DNA from: Chrysomallon squamiferum
Lineage: Eukaryota > Animalia > Mollusca
Assembly: GCA_012295275.1 (NCBI GenBank)
Contig: CM022675.1
Location: forward strand, 4,216,001-4,280,000
DNA length: 64,000 nucleotides
Reading direction: 5' to 3'
Shown one piece after another: positions 57,093-64,000 of this stretch (position 1 is its first letter; the number at the start of each line of letters is the position of its first letter). Made by a program: the position numbers and the translations under genes. The notes under the pieces were generated by a model. That model was not told the origin of the DNA and did not search any database. It worked only from the letters and a program-made list of their open reading frames with translations.

Positions 57093-57662
57093 GAGTGTTT
57101 GTAATTTTTTTTGTCTGTATGTCATCTCTCTCTCTTCTCACTCTCATTATCAGCCTAATAACACTTTTCATCTCTAAATGCTAACTATGTAATTATTTTG
57201 ACAAATCGTATTTATGTATATATTTCCTATAACAATTTACTGAAATAATGGATAGCTATGGAGAGTTGTTTGAGCAGTCACAGAGTGTTCTAAGTGGTCA
57301 CATCACTGGAACACAGTGACTGCATCTGTAAAAAGGAACATGAAGTAAAACTAAGCAGATTACTTGGAACCCAGTGACTGCACTTGTTAAAAGGGCCTCT
57401 AAGTATTTTGGTTATTATTTATACACTAGATAATAATTTTTAATGGGAACTGAGAATCTGACAAAATATATTAGGCATATTAATAGTGATTCAGTAAAAC
57501 CTATTTTAACAGAAACAGCCATGTACAAATATTTACCATCCCTTTTAATGGATAAAAAATATTTACATAGTCATACAAATATTCACAAGTCACTATGGTT
57601 TTAGTATTCTAAGATTTATATTTGATAATATTTAAAGTTCCTTTTAACTGGTATAGTCATAT

Positions 57663-58270
57663 TCTAAGTTGTATACTTAGTTAAACTTAGAGTTACTGTG
57701 TCCTAGGTTGTGAACTTAGAGTTACAGTGTCCTAGGTTGTGTTCTTAGTTAAACTTAGAGTTACAGTGTCCTAGGTTGTGTTCTTAGTTAAACTTAGAGT
57801 TACAGTGTCCTAGGTTGTATACTTAGTTAAACTTAGAGTTACAGTGTCCTAGGTTATATACTTAGTTAAACTTAGAGTTACAGTGTTCTAGGTTGTGTAT
57901 TTAGTTAAACTTAGAGTTACAGTGTCCTAGGTTCTGTATTTAGTTAAACTTAGAGTTACAGTGTTCTAGGTTGTCTACTTAGTTAAACTTAGAGTTACAA
58001 TGTTCTAGGTTGTATACTTAGTTAAACTTAGAGTTACAGTGTCATAGGTTGTATACTTAGTTAAACTTAGAGTTACAGTGTCTAGGTTGTATACTTAGTT
58101 AAACTTAGAGTTACAGTGTCTAGGTTCTATACTTAGTTAAACTTAGAGTTACAGTGTTCTAGGTTGTGTACTTAGTTAAACTTAGAGTTACAGTATCTAG
58201 GTTGTATACTTAGTTAAACTTAGAGTTACAGTGTTTTTGGTTGTATGCTTAGAGTTACAGTGTTCTAGGG
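57663..58270. repeat. 39-bp minisatellite, about 15 copies (CTTAGTTAAACTTAGAGTTACAGTGTYCTAGGTTGTATA)
   Basis: Head-to-tail units with few substitutions and no spacers. Confidence 0.97.
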
Positions 58271-59202
58271 TGTTTCTTTAGTGTTTCTTTCAATGTGTGA
58301 AGTCATTGTATATTAGTCTTCAAAGTTGTGTATTAGAATATATAAAGATTGTGCCTGCTGTAATGTGAGAGCGTGCGTGTGTGTATATGTGTATTTGTAT
58401 CTGTGTGTGTATTTATGTATGTATGTCTATATGTATGTATTTGTATGTAGATGTGTATTTATGTATGCATGTATAAATGTATTTATATGTATATGTATGT
58501 ATTTATGTATGTGTTTATATATGTATGTATATGTGTATGTATATGTGTGTGTGTATGTATGTAGTATGTATCTATATGTTTGTTTATGTGCATGTATGTG
58601 TGTATTTATGTATGTATACATGTATATATATGTGTGAATTTATCAATGTGTATGTGTATGTATGTATGTGTGTGTATATGTATGTATGTAGTGTGTATCT
58701 ATATATGTTTATATTCATGTATCTGTGTGTGTGCATGTATGTGTGTATTTGTGTGTGTATGTGTGTGTGTGTGTGTAAGGTTTCTTTCAGCAGACACAGT
58801 CACTATGTTCTAAGTGATCTACTTAGTCACACTTAAAGTACCTTTCAACAGGTGCAGTCATCAAATTTCTCTGTCAGAGTGTGGTTCCACTCAACAAACA
58901 GCAGGTGAAGGGTTTCCACATTTCTGTCTTGAATATGAAAAACTTCAGTGTTAGAAAATAAACTTAAGCTTTTTGAGAATATTTTGTAATCCAAAGTCTC
59001 AGTCTGCAAGTAGAATAACAATATTCCTTGCTGTTTGTGTTTTTTTAATGACTCTGTCATTTGTCTTTATTTATTATCTGCCTATCTGTCTATCTGTGTA
59101 TTTATCTTTCTATCTGTGTGTGTCTATTTTATCTATCTATCTATATATATATATATATATATCTCTTCTCCTCTCTTTTTGTATTACTTTTTATTTCCTT
59201 TG

Positions 59203-59233
<31 letters not shown>

Positions 59234-59784
59234 TTATAATTATATATATGTATGTGTATTCTAAGTTGTATACACACACACACACACACACAGATACATA
59301 TTTACATATATCATTTCTCCTTTCTCATTCATTCTGTCTTTGAGACGTTTTTCTCATTGTCTTCACACACATACATTTACATACAAACATGTCTTTCTCT
59401 TTCTTTCTTACACTCTCCTTCCTCTCTTCATTTCACACTTTAAATCACACTCTCCTTTTTTTTTTATCTCTCTCTCTTTAATCTGACTGTGAATAAAAAG
59501 TGAACAAAAGTGATCTCACTGTGAGTGTAAAGCTGATCAGATAGAGAGTATTAACAGAGTCTCACTCTCTGCAGTCACAGACAGCTGTCAGATGCATTCA
59601 CTCCCAGACATGCAATACTCATCAACTCAGCTCTGCTAGCTTCATGTCTCTGGTATGTTAATACATTCCATCCTTCTGTTAATTTGTTTGTCCATCCATG
59701 TCTGTCAGTCTCTCCATCCCATCCCATGGTTTTTCCATCCAGTTACTGATTCATCAGTCCATTCAACCATCCTTTCATATGATT

Positions 59785-59985
59785 TATTCATCCATCTGTC
59801 CATCATTCATTCATCCATCTGTCCATCCATTCATTCATCTGTCCATCCATTCATTCATCTGTCCATCCATTCATCCATCTATCCATCCATTCATTCATCT
59901 GTCCATCCATTCATATATCTGTCCATCCATTCATCCATCTGTCCATCCATTCATTCATTCTGTCCATCCATTCATTCATCTGTAC
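59785..59985. repeat. (CCAT)/(TCAT)/(CTGT) compound tandem repeat
   Basis: Directly visible, with 16-24-bp periodicity. Confidence 0.92.
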
Positions 59986-60529
59986 ATCAGTCCAGCTCCA
60001 TCCTTCATTTTTCTCTTTGTCTTTCCCTATTCCTCCATCTTTCCATCCTACAATCCACTCATCCCTCCCTTCCTGCTTCCATCCATCCGTCCATCCTTTT
60101 ACCTCTTCTTCACCTCTGAGTGAATTTATTATTTTACCTGGTCCATTCGTTTGTCAGTCTGTCCACTAAATGCTCACTTTATCTCAGTAATGTCTGCTGC
60201 AAGTATCTGGTTGCCATGGGTTACGCACTAACAGTTTTGTTTTATTGAGGATAATTTGGACTCTAATCAGAGCCCTGTCAGCTTCCCAGACAAAACCAGT
60301 CATCTGCAGTTACCGTAGTTACTGTGCTAAAAGAAACATTTCTGCTACTAATATGAATAAAAGTAGTTTAACTATTCTTTATTCTCATGTTTCATGTGTC
60401 TGTGTATTGTGTTACTTGCCTAATATAACTTGCTATGGTTAAAGTAAATTTTCTGGACTTTTTATTTTTTAAATTAGTGCTGTTGATGTTTTTTTTATGT
60501 TTTCTGTTTCTGGAGGGTATGTGTGTTTA

Positions 60530-60745
60530 TGTGTGTACATGTCTGTATGTATCTTTGTGTATGTTTGTATATGTCTGAATGTGTATGTCAGTATGTGTAC
60601 ATTTCTGTGTGTATCTTTGTGTGTGTTTGTGTATGTCTGAATGTGTATGTCAGTATGTGTACATGTCTGTGTATCTTTGTGTGTTTGTGTATGTCTGAAT
60701 GTGAATGTCAGTATGTGTACATTTCTGTGTATCTTTGTGTGTGTG
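60530..60745. repeat. ~60-64-bp GT-rich minisatellite, about 3.5 copies
   Basis: GTATGTCTGAATGTGWATGTCAGTATGTGTACAT recurs three times. Confidence 0.9.
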
Positions 60746-61384
60746 TGTGTGTGTTAGAATATAATTATATGCTTTTGGCTTGTGAAGATTATTGTTAATA
60801 TGTTGTTGTTTTGGAGTGGATTTCCTTTTTTTTTTTTTCTTTTTGTCCCTTTAAAATTGATGTGTATTTAAATTAAAAAATTATATTATTTTGTATTTAT
60901 GTATTGAAGTAAAGACTATATATATAGATAGATAGATAGATATAGATATAGATAGGATAGATAGATATAGATATAGATATATATAGGAGAATAAATAAAT
61001 ATATATATTATACACACACACACTCACTCACACACGCACACATTTCTACCTACGTTTTGTATACATATATCTGTACTTATTATGTTCTTCTATAACCAGT
61101 TTTCAGCTTTCAGAATTTATTAGATAAAATATGGTAACATAAACTAATGACTGGCCCTGTTACTTGTTTTCTCTCTTTCTCTTTTTATGAGTTGTGATGA
61201 AATGTAAGACTGGTGCAGAAATGGAAGCCATTTTTATTAAACTGGTTTTTTTTTTTTTTTTTTTTTTCTGTCTGCATCATAGAGATTCATTATGTGATTT
61301 AAAGATTATTTTACTCCCACAGTACAGTTTTATGTTTTGTTTTTATTACTAAAACTTCTGCTGATATTACTCTGTTATTCTAAT

Positions 61385-62020
61385 TACCACTACTACCACC
61401 ACCACCACTCCTTTTAAAACAACAACTACTACAATTAGTACAACTGGCACAACAACAACTACAACTACTACTACTGCTGTTACCACTACTACTACTACAA
61501 TCACAACTACTGGTACAACAACAACTACTGGACAACAACAACTGCTGCTACTACTACAGCCACCACTATGACTACTATTAATACTACTACTACAATTACT
61601 ACTGTCAGCCACCACTATGACTACCACCACACACAATTACTACTACTACTACAACTACTACTTTATCAACACCATTAACCAACAACTACTACTACTGCTA
61701 CAACTACTACTTGTATTATTGCTATTAAAGCAACAACTACTACTACTGCTGCAACTACTACTATTATTACTGTTAAAGCAACAACTACTACTACTGCTGC
61801 AACTACTACTTATTATTACTATTAAAGCAACAACTACTACTACTGCTGCAACTACTACTATTATTTCTGCTACTACTGTTACATAACAAGAATTACTGCT
61901 ACTAAAACAACAACTACTGCAAACACTACTATTACCACTACTACTGCTACTGATAAAAAAGTTATTACTACTATTGTTATTCCTACTACTGTTACAACAA
62001 CAGCAACTACAATTACTACA
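61385..62020. repeat. (CTA)/(CAA)-derived low-complexity tract with higher-order ~45-50-bp units
   Basis: AAAGCAACAACTACTACTACTGCTGCAACTACTAC recurs at ~61727, 61775 and 61825. Confidence 0.9.
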
Positions 62021-62347
62021 TAAAAAAAAAATGTTAATTATATTTCTCCAGTGATTTCATAATTTTCACATACTTTAAAAAAAAAAAAAAATAATAATAA
62101 ACAAAAAATATTGAACTGTAAACTGAGAATAAAATTAATAAAAATTACTTTAAGAATAATAAATAAATTAAATTTAAATTATGTTCTAAAAAGTCTTACA
62201 AGCAATATACAACAGCAGTTAATAAAATTTAGAAATATATTAATAAATATAACAACGAACAACAACAACAAACAAAAATAATAATAAAAATATTAATAAT
62301 ATTAATAATAATAATAACAATAACAATAGTAGTAATAATAATAATAA

Positions 62348-62397
<50 letters not shown>

Positions 62398-64000
62398 TAA
62401 TAATAAAACAAAAAACAAAACAATAAGAAAAAAGAAACCAAACTAAATTATCATATTTTTTGAGGGAGGTTACATCAGAAAGAATTTATGTGTGATATTA
62501 TTATCTGTTACCAAATTAATTATCTTGGCTCTGTGCCAAACTAATTTTCTCTGCTTACATCAGATAACTTGTCTAATGTTTCATACAAATCTGGTTTTCT
62601 TCACTCACTTATCTCCCCTGTAACCACTCTTCATTGCCAGAAATTAAAGAAGTACAGAAGAAACATGGAGAATTAATTATCAAGTTTAATTAATTAATTT
62701 TTATTGAATCATGGTGTAAGTTATTTTTGTTATTTGGAGGTTTTGGTTTTTTTTTTTATTGATAATTTTATTTATTATGATTAAAATAACAATTTAAAAT
62801 GAATGTAATAATTTTAAAGAAAATATTTAAAATGTAAATATAAAAATAATGGATGTATTTGTAACTAAGGATGTAATGCATGAAAAACAATGAAATAAAA
62901 GGAACAACTTAAGTAAAAAACTGATCTTACTTTTAAATGTTTATTGTTAACTGTATGAAATGGGTTTTTTTCTCAAATGTTAGTTTGTAACTGATCAAAC
63001 ATTTAAACATTTTTAGATTGATTTTGCTTAAAGTTACAGATTTGTGTATATTAAAATTATACTCATTATATACATACACTCAAAAATACCATTACACACA
63101 CACATACACAAACCATTTCATATTTTGAGTATTTGTATTTCACTGTTTTTAGTGTACAGATAAAGTGAAAATCTTTGTTACATTAAATATTACATTTTAA
63201 CAATAATGAAAATATCTTAATACCTTTTAGTATTTCTTACTTTTTATTATTATATGTATGTTTTTTTTTATAATTATTTAATTTTTTTATTATTAATTTT
63301 TAGTTTTATTTTTTTTCCTCTATGACAGCTGCTTACCAGTAGCAGTTGATAACAGGTTGCTAGGCAACGCAAATATTTATGGAAGATGTTGAAATGTTTT
63401 TTATCATTTCAGAGAGAGACTGATAATGAAAAAAGATAACAAATGATTTTTTTCTTTCTTTCATCACCAAATTTTTATCTCAAAAACATAAAAACGCATT
63501 TTGTTAATCACAGTTTCTCATTATCTATTTCTCTCTGTATGTGTGTCTGTGTGTGTGCGTGTATTTATGTGTGTTACTATTTATTTTTCTGCTTATATAT
63601 CATATTCTTTACATTTAGAATATTCCAAGCATAAAATAACTTTGTTGTTTAGGATTTGTTAATTTTCATATTAACATTATTTATTTTATTATATTAATTT
63701 TTAATTTTTTTTATTATTTTATTTTTACTTTATTCTTTTATGTTTTAATTTTTTTGTTAATTATTATTATTATTATTATTATCTTTGTTGTTGTTACTGC
63801 TATCATTACTGTTATTGTTATTATTACTACTCTGTTATTTATTATTATCATACAACAGCTGGGAACTTGTCTTACAGTAGAAAGATAAAATAAATATTTT
63901 ACATGTCCACTGTTAGCTGAATATTTATTTCTTGTTTAATAATTTTTGTGAAAATGAACAATATTTTATTACAATTAAACTGTATATAATTTATAACACA

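Noticed and set aside
57663-58270. 39-bp repeats as a CRISPR array or telomeric sequence
   Set aside because: No spacers. Contains CTTAG submotifs but no TTAGGG/TTAGG runs. An ordinary minisatellite.

Overview
AT-rich, microsatellite-dense eukaryotic genomic DNA. It is probably from a bilaterian invertebrate, most likely a gastropod mollusc (inferred from the C1q-domain gene, SINE-like fragments and mosaic CpG pattern). Almost all ORFs in the supplied track are simple-repeat artefacts. Supported protein-coding content: (1) an intronless 185-aa minus-strand gene (1876-2433) with a PP1-docking-like motif set but no carbohydrate-binding domain; (2) a secreted collagen + globular C1q gene on the minus strand (coding exons 11219-10943 or -10814, 8382-8174, 7732-7529). 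Its first coding exon holds a tandemly duplicated collagen module bounded by two in-frame splice donors. Mobile DNA: a decayed LINE ORF1 (1-~650), two internally deleted Tigger/pogo elements (3544-4292, 30220-30813), a decayed and internally rearranged Sola2-like transposon with intact TIRs (42679-44962), and several tRNA-derived SINE fragments. There are also several minisatellites and short local duplications. CpG is common up to ~40.3 kb and scarce afterwards, consistent with entry into a methylated + strand gene body starting from a CpG-rich promoter/first exon at ~39.1-39.6 kb. No CRISPR, rRNA or genuine tRNA was found, and I see no firm evidence of a wholly new multi-gene system. The best leads are the modular-collagen C1q splicing switch and the orphan PP1-interactor-like protein.
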